A model generated the notes under the pieces. That model searched no databases, was not told the DNA's origin, and worked only from the letters and a program-made list of their open reading frames with translations. Of a DNA stretch of 64,000 nt, positions 35,722 to 47,500 are shown piece by piece (within the stretch, counting starts at the first letter, position 1; every line of letters begins with the position of its first letter). Position numbers and translations under genes: made by a program. The DNA comes from Chrysemys picta bellii (lineage: Eukaryota), in contig NC_088802.1 of the NCBI RefSeq assembly GCF_011386835.1, positions 44,392,001 to 44,456,000 on the forward strand, given 5' to 3'.

Positions 35722-37004
35722 TAAATATAACAAAGTTAGCTGAAGAGATAGGTTAAATCTAAAGGAGGACCCTATGGGAAGTATTGGGGTAGACTGGGAT
35801 TGGGTAAAAAGGAATTCCACTCGGAGGGAAAAAAGAATGTTTGGCAGAAGATAGTAGAGGTCCATTGAATGCCATAAATAAAGTATTGGCTAAGCACAGC
35901 AAAGGTCCGTTAAATGCCACTACAATTAATAAAAAAATAGGACCCATTGCCAGCCGTGGAAAAATAGTATCTAGTTTATTTCCCCAAGGCAAAGAAAATC
36001 CAGATGAAGGCAGCATTTTCACAAGAATTGTTTCTGGTGGCTAAAACTTCACAAACAAACTATGCCACCTTAAGGAATGAATGTAAAAAGCATAAAGAGC
36101 AAAGGAAAGTTGAAAAGAAGAAAAACTAAGTGGAAATAAAATCCTAAAAGGTCAGGGAGAAAACAGTGTCTGTTACCTATTTGCATAAGTCTAAAATAAA
36201 AAGGAGCTGTCCTTCAAGGACTGTATTTAATGAGTACAGCTTTGCAGGCCAAGTGTACTAAGTTAAATAAGTGTAAAAATAAATACATGTTTAAAAAGCT
36301 TAAAGCTGCCAAAACAATTTGTCTAAAAATATCACTTTGGGAAAGAAGTATGTGGTTTTTTTTAAATAAAAGTAAGACGTTAGAAGCTTTTGCACAAATA
36401 AACACTGCAAAGTTTGAAGGGAATTCGACAGCTGGGGGTTGTGGAACAGTTAAAAAGAATGTTACGTGTTAAAGAAGAGAATGCTTGGTTTAATAATAAA
36501 CCTGGTTATGGCAGTATTATTCTGGGCGGTCACACCTGGTGAAAACCTTAGCAATAAAACAAATTATACAAAGGGGAGGTCAGGTGATGACGGCTCGTGC
36601 TACTATCTGCTTTTTTTCCTGAGAAGCCTTTACAGTCATTCATTCTGAAGAAAATGGGCCTTTCCCAGTGAATGTGTCTGTCAGTGATCAATTTGTGCTG
36701 GCCACTGCAGGCAAAGTAACAATCGAATTTAAATGATTGAACTATAAATGATTTAGTCAAAATCACTAAAAAGGAAATAGGGATTTCTATATGGCTTGAC
36801 TGCTTCAAAATATACTAGTAGAAATAGAACCTGGGTACAGGTGAGTTGTGGGGGAGGGGGCGATTTAAGAGCAACGCAAGGGACATTAATCCGCTCAAAT
36901 AACAAATTGGTTCCCCCCCTCCTTTTTTTTTTTTTTACAATTTAATTCTGCCTCACAAGTGTGGGCCAGAATTAGAGCCCATATAGGGGGTATGCTTCTC
37001 CCAG

Positions 37005-37160
37005 AAGCTGGGAATGGGTGACAGGGGATGGATCACTTGATGATTATCTGTTCTGTTCATTCCCTCAGGGGCACCTGGCGTTGGCCACTGTCGGAGGACA
37101 GGATACTGGGCTAGATGGACCTTTGGTCTGACCCAGTATAGCCGTCCTTATGTTCTTATG
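37005..37160 (+). mobile_element. CR1 LINE 3' end (5'-truncated)
   Basis: ggcacctggcgttggccactgtcggaggacaggatactgggctagatggacctttggtctgacccagtatagccgtccttatgttcttatg: the CR1 3' UTR ending in the TATGTTCT-type repeat. Confidence 0.85.
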
Positions 37161-38285
37161 AGCTCCTTGGGAACAGTGAGGTCCAATTTTTCAGGGATTC
37201 TCCATGTCCCTACACAATAGGGTACTGGGGGCAGGAGAGGACCAGAGGAGGTAATCAGGCAGGATGGTGGATAAACAGCTGTTCAGATTACCCAACCATT
37301 TATCCCCTGATGAAGCCAATGATTCCCTGTGGCTCTCAAGGCAAAACAAAGGACAGAATCGCTTGACCTCCCTGCCCAAACTCCAGCACGTAGGATAGAT
37401 TTAGCCTGGGCCAGTTAACAAAGTGATTTAGCATAAATCTCCTAAAGGGAAATAAAACCGTATCTAATCTCCCATAATATTTTAGAAGCAGCTGCAAGTT
37501 CCAAGGATCCTGCATCTCTGGCGGTAGCATTGCCCTGGACCTAGGATGACTGAGAGCCAAACCTGCAGTGCACAGTACAGTATGGAATCTGTGAGTTTGA
37601 CCTCACCATGGGCCACATTGTGGGTCCAATCCTGCTTCCGGTGACAGACCTCTCCTTGACTTTAGTGAGATCAGGAGCAGGTTCTGTATCTGTAAGGAAA
37701 GGGCTTGTCACATTTGCTTTGCTGCAGATTGCCAATAATCTTTGGCATCCAGGGAAGTGTCCATGGACTTTGGGTTCTGGGTTTAAACCAGGCCAGGAGC
37801 ACTTGGCTCTTATCAGCAGGAAACGAGAGCACAGGTCACAGTTGCACAGCAGATCTGCCAAGTTGCCCTGTTTGGAATGAACAGTTAGTTGGAGACAGTT
37901 AAAATCTTACTCAACCCTAGGCAAGATTTCACTCATTCATACTGTCGCTGTTTTGACAGCCTTGACCGTGTGCCCTCATTTCACCAGAGGGGTCAGTCAC
38001 AAAGATTTCTGCATATTACCTGGATTAATGTGTAACTGGGATTCACCCCTGTAGGCTGATGATCTGAATGTGGGGAGGTTAGACTGACACCAAATTTGTT
38101 ATTATTAATTATCTTACTACACTTATTGTAAGCTCTTGGGGTCAGAGCCTGTGTTTTCCTCTGTGGTTGTAAAGCACAAGCACATGGTGCGTTTGGGATG
38201 CTGCCATATATAGCACTGACAATTGACGTGGTGCGTTATCAACTCAGATAAAAATACATTATTTTTGCCCTGAATACCTTACAGT

Positions 38286-38513
38286 AAATATAGCGAGGCT
38301 CACTGACAATCGATGGACTGCAGCTGTCGCCGAGTGGTACCCACGGGAACTGAAATGGCCACTCGGCTGCCTTCCAAAGAGATGGGAAGTTTTTATCGTG
38401 AAAAGACATGGCCGCACATGGAGAAGGAAGACCAAGACACGAGAAGAATGGAAGACGTGTTGTGATCAGTGCAATCTATACGAAAGCTGAAGGACCAATC
38501 AATCAAGGTGACT
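38286..38513 (+). mobile_element. RTE-clade LINE 3' fragment
   Basis: Open frame 38290-38490: IARLTDNRWTAAVAEWYPRELKWPLGCLPKRWEVFIVKRHGRTWRRKTKTREEWKTCCDQCNLYES*. It matches the RTE ORF C-terminal pattern (RW...W.P...R..GRP..RW.D....W...A..R..W). Candidate TSD TTACAGT at 38279-38285 and 38514-38520. Confidence 0.75.
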
Positions 38514-39089
38514 TTACAGTCAAAGGCTCCGATCCCACAAACACTTATGCACATGCATAAATTTACTTCTCTCTTTATGTATTGATTTTAACTCACATGA
38601 GTGAAGTAACACATGAGTTAGTGTTTGCTGGATTGGCACCGAAACAAGAGAGACAAGCAGGGCAGGACTACAGTCTAAGAGCAGGCGGATGGAAGGAATA
38701 TCAGTGAGGAGAGCGGAGGCAGGATTTGCTACATGAAACTACACTATGGGCCGAATTCTCTGCTCTTTTACAATGGTGTCAATCAGGAGTAACTCCCCTG
38801 ATGTCGGTGGCATTCCATGAGTGTGAGAATAGAATCAGACCACTGTGCCTTAGGGTGCTTCCATTCTTGGATGCCCAACTTGAGACACTCTCAAAGAGCC
38901 TGAATATCAGAAAGTGCTGGGCACTCACCCTCTGAAAATCAGGCCTGGTTAAGCTGCCGCTAGTTGAACACCCAAAATCATCAGCCGCTGTTGTAAAACC
39001 TGGTTTCTGCATTTTAATTTTCCAGCCTTTACTCACACTGTGCTGCAAGGAAGGAGGATGTAGCTGGTGATAGGCTCGCCTCAAGGCTG

Positions 39090-39290
39090 AGATTGGGGCC
39101 CCATTGTGCTAGGCACTGTACAGACGCATCATAAGGCACAGTCCCCCTCCTGAAGAGCTTGCATTCTGCCTGCACAAGGTGGACAAAGGGTGGGCAGGAA
39201 ACGGAAGCACAGTGAGGTGAAATGACTTGCCTGAGATCAGTGATTGAGCCAGAAATAGAACCCAGGTCTCCCGAGTCACAGTCCAGTGCC
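39090..39290 (-). mobile_element. MIR-like CORE-SINE
   Basis: Reverse-strand pattern 'gaaacggaagcacagtgaggtgaaatgacttgcctgagatca...gagccagaaatagaacccaggtctcc'. Confidence 0.55.
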
Positions 39291-40517
39291 CACTGGTAAC
39301 ATTATTTAGTTACTGTTTGTACGGTACTTTAAAGATGTAAAATGTTCAGTTCCTAGCACTGGCACCAGGATGAAATATTTATATAAGTGCTACATGTTCA
39401 CTACTATTGCTAAGTGTGCCGAGGCTATCAGAAATGTAGGCAGGCTGGTATAGACAGCGTCTCTGCCACTTGCCCTCACGTAGCTCTGTCCTACCTTATC
39501 AAAGGGTGTATTTATGGTTTGCCATGTCTCTGCTTCCAGCATCTCCAATTACATAAAGTGGAACTCAGGTCTACAGTTCAAGGGATCTGTGCCAGCAGCT
39601 CACGGAGTTTGCTAGAGGAAAGTGAAGGCAGGAGCAGCCTCTCAGTCTGAGCGAGCCTGAGTGACTGAATCAGAAAGGGGCAGTAATGCCAAACAGGCTG
39701 TTGCATATGAACCTCATCCACCCCCTCAAAAAAACTGTTGTAAAACCTATCCTAGACATGGCTTAATGCTGCCTGGGCTTTGGCAAGTCTTATGTCCAGT
39801 GGTGCTGGTTGGCACTAGCATTTCAGTATCCAGTGACAGCAGTTGTCATTTTACAATCAGAGTAATTTCTCCAGCCCCCTTTGTCCCTAAGGTTCAGTGC
39901 TGCTGTAATCGGCTCAGGGTTGCTTTCTCCCTGTGTCTGGGTGCTGCATAGAGCTAGGTGCCTCTGTGTTCTGGGGCTGGGTGTCTGGATCGGCCTTGGT
40001 CCCTTAGGTGCAGTGATCGTAATTCAGTGTTTCTGGAATAGCTGTGAGCTCCTGTCTGCTCTTCCCACCCGGTGAAGCAATGTGGGTAGCTGGGCTCTGA
40101 GGCACAGGTTCACCTGGGGGCAGGGGGATGCATGATCATTATGTCATGTTGAAGCTAGCGGTTTGGGAGGTGGGAGCTGTACTTGTAAAGTGAACAGAGC
40201 TGAAGGGCATTTGACAAGTTATATAAGGGGGCAGGGTGATTCCGGGAAACAGAGGCCAAGTTGGGGGCAGGCAATTTAAGGTTAGATGGCAGGAGGCAGA
40301 TGTTAGGGGAGAGGAAGTTTGGAGAATAGGTTTTGGGTTGGAGGGGGTGGATGCAAGTGGGGCAGCTTGGGGAACAAGTAAGGGACGCAGATAACAAAGG
40401 CACAGATACCAGGTTGTGCATGGTGGGGTAGAATCCAGGGAAGAGGGCCGGTTTGGGAACAGGACACAGTAGCAGGACAGGTAATGAGCTTCAAAATTCT
40501 CAGTCTCTGTATTCTTC

Positions 40518-40669
40518 NNNNNNNNNNNNNNNNNNNNNNNNNNNNNNNNNNNNNNNNNNNNNNNNNNNNNNNNNNNNNNNNNNNNNNNNNNNNNNNNNNN
40601 NNNNNNNNNNNNNNNNNNNNNNNNNNNNNNNNNNNNNNNNNNNNNNNNNNNNNNNNNNNNNNNNNNNNN
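40518..40669. other. Assembly gap (152 N)
   Basis: A run of N. The ORFs that cross it in the track are artefacts. Confidence 0.99.
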
Positions 40670-41721
40670 GCAAACATTTCCCGCTTAGCTTGTGCAATAC
40701 TCCATGTCCCAGCAGGGCTGGGAAATCTGTTGTTTGTTTAAATGGAAGAATGATGTTTTCTCACAACAGGAACAAAGCTGGGAGGCAGGAGCGCCACTCA
40801 GCTCACAAACTGAGATGAAGCAGCTGCAAGTGTCCATGTGTTGCTTCCAAGCAATACTCAGAGTATGTCGAGATCATCCAAGGTGTGTCACTGTACATGG
40901 GGAGGAAGGGATGGAGACGTTGCAGTAGGTTCCGGAGGGGTAAATGTTCCCCCAAGACATTCCTCTCCCCTCCTCCCCCAATTACCTCTCCCGGTGCAGT
41001 CTCTAGCCCATTCTAAAGGCAAATCAGTAACATGCCATTTCTGGCGGGATGACTGAGCAGCATCCTGAGAAGTGAGAGAGAGAGAGCGTGTCCATCTGAG
41101 GCAGAGACATCCACCACCCCCTTCAATTGGAACAAGGGTGGTGGGATCTGTATGGAAGTGCAGGTGGCTGGTCGGACAGTTGGTAAGGCTCAAGCTAGTG
41201 GGAGGGAGTGGAGTTGATCAAGTGAAGTTGTGAGAGGTGTGTGAGCTGCTGAAGCTACTGTAGACACCCAAGCAGGCTGCTGCCTTGCTTGACCTGACAT
41301 GCCGCACCTCCGTGTGTGCTGGCTGCTTTTCAGGACATAAACCAAGACAGGTTCTTGTCCCAAAGGGTTTCCAACCTACGCAGAACGGATAGAACAACGC
41401 TTCTTATGTTCTTCCATCTGTTTTTACACAGGCTCATTTGTCCATTTTCCTGGCCCAATTATTCCCCTTACGTAACAGATTTTCTTTTTCTCCCGCCTCC
41501 CACCAACCTGCCTCTCCCTTCCCCCTTCTTTGCATCTAGAAGGTTTGGAGTTCATCTTCTCTGTGGACACTGCCTCTTAAAGAGTCTTTCCCCTGTCTTC
41601 CCCCTGGGAGTGGTGGTTGTTGGTCGTATGCCTGTGCTGGGAAGAGATAGTGTGCTGTGAACTGGAGAGTGGAGGTGCCAGGGGTTATGTGGGTGGCTCG
41701 CCACTAACTGCCTTTCAAGCC

Positions 41722-42076
41722 TGGTGTGGGAGCTCGCTGGGGAGGGACCTTGCCTGCAGAAGTGGCTGGGGCAATGTGGGAGCTCGCTGGGGAGGAAGTT
41801 GGAACCCTGCCTGCAGAGCTGGCAGGGGACGTTTAGGGCCATGTGGGAGCTCACTGGGGAGGCACCCTGCCTGCAGAAGTGGAAGGGGCAGTTTGGTGCC
41901 GTGTGGGAGCTGGCTGGGGAGGCACCCTGCCTGCAGAAGTGGAAGGGGTAGTTTGGGACTGTGTGGGAGCTGGCTGGGGAGGGACCCTGCCTGCAGAAGT
42001 GGCAGGGGCAGTGTAGAGCTGTATTGGAGCTCGCTGGGGCGGTTTGGGGCCGTGTGGGAGCTCGCTGGGGAGGGAC
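41722..42076. repeat. ~59-bp minisatellite, about 6 degenerate copies
   Basis: Unit approximately gtgtgggagctcgctggggagggaccctgcctgcagaagtggcaggggcagtttgggcc. It is related to the array at 43795-44332. Confidence 0.85.
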
Positions 42077-43790
42077 CAGGGGTGAAAGTAACTTAAAGGA
42101 CTTGCCGGTACTCCGGAGTCCTGAGGGGCATGGCCTCCACCGGAAGAGGCGTGACCTTTAAATCCCCAAAGGGCCCAGGACTAGGGCTGTGGTAGCAGCA
42201 AGTGGGAGCCCCAAGCCCTTTAAATTACCCCCTGAGCTCCCAGCTGCAGAGCCCTGGGGTTTGGGAGTGATTTAAAGGGCCCTGGGGTCTAGCTGCTGCT
42301 CCCGCAGCGGAGCCCCGGGCCCTTTAAATTGTCGACAGAGCCCCGGGGCTCCAGCAGCAGGGACCGGGGCTCCGGCTGCCACTACCCTCCAGGGCTCTTT
42401 AAATAGTCTCCGGAGCCCTGCTGCTGGAGCCCTGGGGTAGCGGCGGCAGGTCTCTGGTGGCTATTTAAAGGGCCCGGGGTGCTAGCGGCAGCGGAAAGCC
42501 CCGAACCCTTTCAATAGCCACCAGAGCCCTGCCGCCACTACCCAAGGCCTCTGGCAGGCTCCAGGGGCTATTTAAAGGGCCCCGGGCCCTTTAAATTGTC
42601 CCCGGAGCCCTGGGGTAGTGGCAGTGAGGCTCCAGTGGCGATTTAAAGGGCCCGGGGCGGTAGCAGCGGCAGGAGCCCTGGGCCCTTTAAATCGCCACCC
42701 GAGCCCCGCCGCCGCTACCCCAGGGCTCTGGCAGCAGGGCTCTGGTGGCAATTTAAAGGGCTCTGGGCTCCAGCCCTTTAAATTGCTGCCTCAGGAAGCC
42801 GGTCCACCCCGGTATGGGGCACCAGCTCTTACCGGCAGGTTTGTAGAAATTTTGGTGGTGCCCAGAACCTGCCCCTGCCCAAACTCTGCCCCCTCCCCAA
42901 CTCCACCCCCCACCTGCCCAAGGCTCTGGGAGGGAGTTTGGGTGCGGGAGGAGGTCTGGGGTGCAGGCCCTGGGCAGGGGACAGGGGTGCAGGCTCTGGG
43001 AGGGAGTTTGGGGATGGGCAGGAGTGCAGAGGGAGGGGGTGCAGGTTCTGGGAGGGAGTTTGGGGATGAGGGGGTGCAGGGGAGAGGGCTGTGGGGTGAG
43101 ACTGGGGATGGATTTGGGGTGTGGCTGGGGATGAGGGGTTTGGGGTGTGGGAGGGGACTCAGGGCTGAGGCAGAGGGTTATGGTGCATGGGGATGAGGGC
43201 TCTGGCTGGGGTTGGAAATGAGGGGTTTGGGGTGTTGGAGAGGCTCAGGGCTAGGACAGAGGGTTGGGGTGCGGGGGGATGAGGGCTCTGGGGTGGGGTG
43301 GGGCAGGGATGGGGATGAGTTTGGGGTGCAGGCAGGTTGCCCTGGGACTGGAGCCAAAGAGGAGGACTCCCCCTAGCCCTCTCCCTGCCAGCAGCAGCGA
43401 GCTCTGGGGTAGGGACCCCCTTCTCCTGCCTGGCAGCACACTCACCCCCCCCCCCCCCCACTGTCACTGCACATGCTCCTAGGGCCCCTCTCAGGTCCAG
43501 GAATCCCCCTCACCTCCCCTGTGGTGGGTGCCATGCGGGGGCTGCCATCACATGTGGGCCTCCTCCCCTGCTGCTGTAGCCTCACTGGGGGTGGGGGATG
43601 GAGCTGCCGCTTGCCCAGCGTGGGGCAAGAGCGGTGACTGTGGGCAGGGGGGGCGGCTGTACTGGTGGAGGGTCCCATCAGAAAATGAAAGGGTCTGAGG
43701 GGGAAGGGCAGCCTGTCCTGGCAAGTGGTGGGGGGGCACTAGGACCGGCGGCAGTTAATGCAGGCAGGGAGCATGGGGCTTCAGGGGAGA
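42077..43790. mobile_element. Stack of GC-rich non-autonomous DNA transposons (hAT-like MITEs)
   Basis: Starts cagggggtgaaagtaacttaaagg. It has internal tttaaagggcccgggg repeats on both strands, followed by a second element starting caggtttgtagaaattttggtggtgcc with ggggtgcagg/ctctgggaggga repeats. Confidence 0.6.
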
Positions 43791-43794
43791 TACG

Positions 43795-44332
43795 GGAAGT
43801 GGGGGACCCCGCCTGCAGAAGTGGCAGGGGCAGTGCAGGGCTCTGTTGGAGCTCGCTGGGGGGGTTGGGAGCTCGCGGAGGGGGGGGGGACCCCGCCTGC
43901 AGAAGTGGCAGGGGCTGTGTTGGAGCTCGCTGGGGGGTTTGGGAGCTCGCGGAGGGGGGGTCCCCGCCCGCAGAAGTGGCAGGGGCTGTGTTGGAGCTCG
44001 CTGGGGGGGTTGGGAGCTCGCGGAGGGAGGGACCCCGCCTGCAGAAGTGGCAGGGGCTGTGTTGGAGCTCGCTGGGGGGTTTGGGAGCTCGCGGAGGGGG
44101 GGTCCCCGCCTGCAGAAGTGGCAGGGGCTGTGTTGGAGCTCGCTGGGGGGGGTTGGGAGCTCGCGGGGGGGGGGACCCCGCCTGCAGAAGTGGCAGGGGC
44201 TGTGTTGGAGCTCACTGGGGGGGTTGGGAGCTCGCGGAGGGGGGGACCCCGCCTGCAGAAGTGGCAGGGGCTGTGTTGGAGCTCGCTGGGGGGGTTGGGA
44301 GCTCGCAGGGGGAGGGACCCCGCCCGCAGAAG
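43795..44332. repeat. ~71-bp GC-rich VNTR, 7 full units plus a partial, ~210 bp upstream of the ACSF2 ATG
   Basis: gcagaag recurs at about 43815, 43899, 43970, 44041, 44112, 44184, 44255 and 44326. Units are nearly identical apart from G-run lengths. Confidence 0.92.
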
Positions 44333-44339
44333 TTCCTCT

Positions 44340-44540
44340 AACACAGAATCTTTCCTGCGCGCACCCTGGCGCCTGCTCCGCCCCTCGCCGGGCGAAGCTG
44401 TTGGCTGTTCCGCACTCGGAGCGTTACTCGCCTCCTCTCGTCCTCCCTCCCCAAACTCACTCTCGGGCTGCAGCGGTGCCCGTGCCCGCCGGTGGCTGGC
44501 GTGGGGCTGGGCTCTGGGGCGCAGCGCCCCCTACCCCGCC
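44340..44540 (+). promoter_or_regulatory. ACSF2: CpG-rich promoter / 5' UTR of ACSF2
   Basis: CpG-dense segment with GC boxes (ctccgcccc) leading to a strong Kozak ccgccATGG at 44541. Confidence 0.65.
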
Positions 44541-47500
44541 ATGGCTAGCGCAGCCTGGCTGAAGCTGGGGGCTCGGGAGGTGCTGGCTGCGCTTGGGAAG
44601 CGCCCTGGGCTCCGGGGCGCTCAGCGGGTCAGGTAAAGCCGGGGGGCAGACGCCCAGGGATGGAGGGAGTGGAGCTGCCAGGGGAGTGGGGGAGGCATGT
44701 GCCCGAGGGGGGCTCATGGGGGACAGGAGGGGGGCAGTTGGGGGTGTTCTGAGCAGTGGCAGGGAGCCGGGCAGCTTGGGCACGGAGAGCAGTGAAGAAG
44801 ATGCCCTGCAAGGCGGGCGGTTTGGGAAGGGCAGTGGGCAGGTGCAGGGGGGTGATGCAGTTGGGCAGGTTGCCTGGAGAAGGGCAGTTTGGAGGTAGGT
44901 GGGGGGCATGCGCCAATTGGGGTAGTAGGAAGAGGGGGCAGATGCCAGGGGAGGGGTGCAAACAGCTAATTTGCTGCCCAAGTTCTCCTGCTCTGTATTT
45001 CAGCCCTCATCCCTCTAACTCAATGGTTCTCAACCTTTTTGATACCAGGGACCGGCTTGCTGCCTTCCTAAGCTGTGTCAGGAAAAGCTCAGGGACCGGC
45101 ACCCTGAGAAACACTGCTCCAACCTGGCTTTTTTTTTTTTAATTGAGTTGGGTCTGTGAGGGGCCCACTTTATGTTCTGCTTTACAAAACCTGCTACCCT
45201 CAGATTATACTAGACCCTCCTCCCCACCCCTACACTTTTTTCAGATCCCTTTAAGCACTGGCTGGAGACTGTGACTTTGGGTGCAGGGGGATTCACAGGG
45301 AGCAAGGGCATCTCAGTGCAGTCTCCTGCCCCAGATCCAATCTTCCTTCCCCATTGCGTATTCTTGATGACGATCATGTGAAAACCTCTCTCAAATGGCT
45401 CCTCCAGCTCGTTCTGTGTTACTGATCCCAGCAGTTGATTTTGCTTGACTCTGTCGCTGCTCCCTGCTGTTCAATAGGAGCCCCCGTGGGGTGCAGCATG
45501 GGACCTAGACAGAAGTGACCTTACAGTGTGTGGATCCCCAAGCTTTATGGGTCAAAAGTGGAGGGAGCATTGGGTGGTGAGTTAATCCTGTGCAGTTGGC
45601 TGGAAGATGAAGCTACTGTATTATGGAGCTGGAAATGGTTCTTTGTCTTGCTTGGTCTTAAAGCTGGCTCTGGGACAGGTGGTGGGAAAGGGCAGGTAGC
45701 TACGGTCATGGAGCTTTCAAATCCCACCTGCCCTACAGGAAGGGAGTGGCTTTTTCATGAACTCAGGTGAATTCCCAGCAGTGCAGTTGAAATTAAGGTT
45801 CATCCCAGCAGCAAATGGGAGGAAATACCCATTTTCTTTTTCACTGTATAATTTCTACCTGTTCTTTTATAACAAGAGATGGGCCAGGAGGGAGGTGTTC
45901 GGCTGTGGCTCAGAGACCGGGCTGGGGTTGGGAGTGCATTCAATGGCAACGAAACCTGACAAACTGTTCTCACGAAATTACAACTGCCTCTGCATGGGGA
46001 GATAGGCCCCCTTGTGGTCTGGAAGCCAACCCAGGACTGTAATGATAAGGGTGGGTTTGGGTTCAAGGTTCTGGGTGTTTTACTGAAACTCTTCAGAGCA
46101 GACTTGTTGTGGGGAAGGGAGGGGGCAGTGGAAACTTTAAGCCAAAATTCTACCAGAATTCAGAATGCGAAGGCTCCATTAAAGCTCAGGAAACTTCCAA
46201 GTCCTAGATGCATAGATTATAAAGCCAGAAGGGACCTCTAGGATCCCGGAGTCTGATCACTTGTATAACACAGGCCATAGGAGTGCCCTAAATTAATTCC
46301 TATTTGAACTGGAGAATATCTTTAAGAAGAATATCCATTCTTGGTTTAAAAATCCCCTAGTTCAAAACTAGTTTCTGGGGAGTAAAACTCAAGATGGGTA
46401 TGTCTAAAATGTCTGTCTTTAAGAGTGGGGAAGATATGAGGAAACAGCAGAATGGGGCGAATTTTCCTTCCCATCCCCACCCTGCCAAAAATTGTAATTT
46501 AGGTACATTAACGCCTTAGTCATGAGCTGCTATGGTGAGGGCGGAAGGAGTCTTCCCAGAGCAGGTGGCAACTGGGTTGGGGAGGAGTCCATGAGCTTTC
46601 CCCATTGTGCGTTTGGCCTTCAGGAGCTACCCAGACAGACAGAGGGGAGGATGCCAGACAGGGGAATAATGACCTTTGTGGTTGGATAGCCAGAGCCCTC
46701 TCGTGTGCTTCACATGTGGGGGGAGGGGAGCAGAGGGTGATGTAAATGCATTGCTTCCCCAGGGCCCATGCACACTGCACCAAGTCCTGTTCCCTTTCTG
46801 TGCTAATTTCTATAGGGGAAAATATTAGAGGTTGAGAGAGAAAGCTACTTGTCTTGAATCAACAAGTGTAGAGAGGTGGCTGAGGCTGTGCAGAGATAAA
46901 TACATGCAGCTCCTCGTCATCTCAGAGAGTGCCTGTGGATGTGCCAGACTTTCCGCCTGTCCCCACCAGGGAGGAGAACTTTCGGATTTAGCTGCCCTGC
47001 TCCTGCAGGAGGAGGCGGGAGGTGGGGCCTTTGCTTTACTTGGTGCAGACATCGAACAAACATCCCTAAGTCTCTGATACATCTGTGCTCTGTGCTGACA
47101 GCAGAGTCCGTTCTGACCCGCAGCAAGGTCCTCCTCTTTGCAGGCCCCACTGTTGTGGTTGTCTCCTTATCAGACACCAGAGACTGTTTTGGCACCAGAA
47201 TCTGTTGCTAAGGCAATGTATGTGCTCTCGGGGAGAGTGCTTTCATTTGGCAGCCCACTCTGCTCTCCTGGCTCTCAGATTCCTTTGCTCCACACATCCG
47301 ACGGGGAACGGCCGTAGTGGATCAGACCTGCGTGTGACGTTGTGCAGTCTATATGGTTTTATAAAAATATAAGTGAATATAATGTAACTGGGATAGGCTT
47401 CATGCAAAAGATTTCTTGTAAGGTATCATTACAAAGCTCATAATCTACTGAGCGTGATCATCCTATTTGTAGAAATGTACCACTCTTGTATCTAAAACTA

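Noticed and set aside
40303-40818. ORFs spanning the N run
   Set aside because: Artefacts of translating the assembly gap.
43795-44332. Regular repeat array considered as CRISPR
   Set aside because: The units are contiguous near-identical tandem copies with no unique spacers, the context is eukaryotic, and there are no cas genes.
41617-44981. ORFs of 150-290 aa with repeated CRSGRG / LQKWQG / PPAEVAGAVLELAGG peptides
   Set aside because: Translations of the VNTRs and GC-rich MITEs. Variable G-run lengths shift the frame between units, which argues against coding selection.
42836-45193. Possible TIR pair (caggtttgtag / tacaaaacctg) enclosing ACSF2 exon 1, as if the promoter had been captured by a transposon
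   Set aside because: The match is short with an indel and there is no TSD (cttaccgg versus ctaccctc). ACSF2 exon 1 is in its expected syntenic place.
46825-47211. Overlapping 80-90 aa ORFs on both strands in ACSF2 intron 1
   Set aside because: No recognisable protein family and no supporting splice structure. A nested CHAD gene is expected further 3' in ACSF2, and no LRR sequence is present here.
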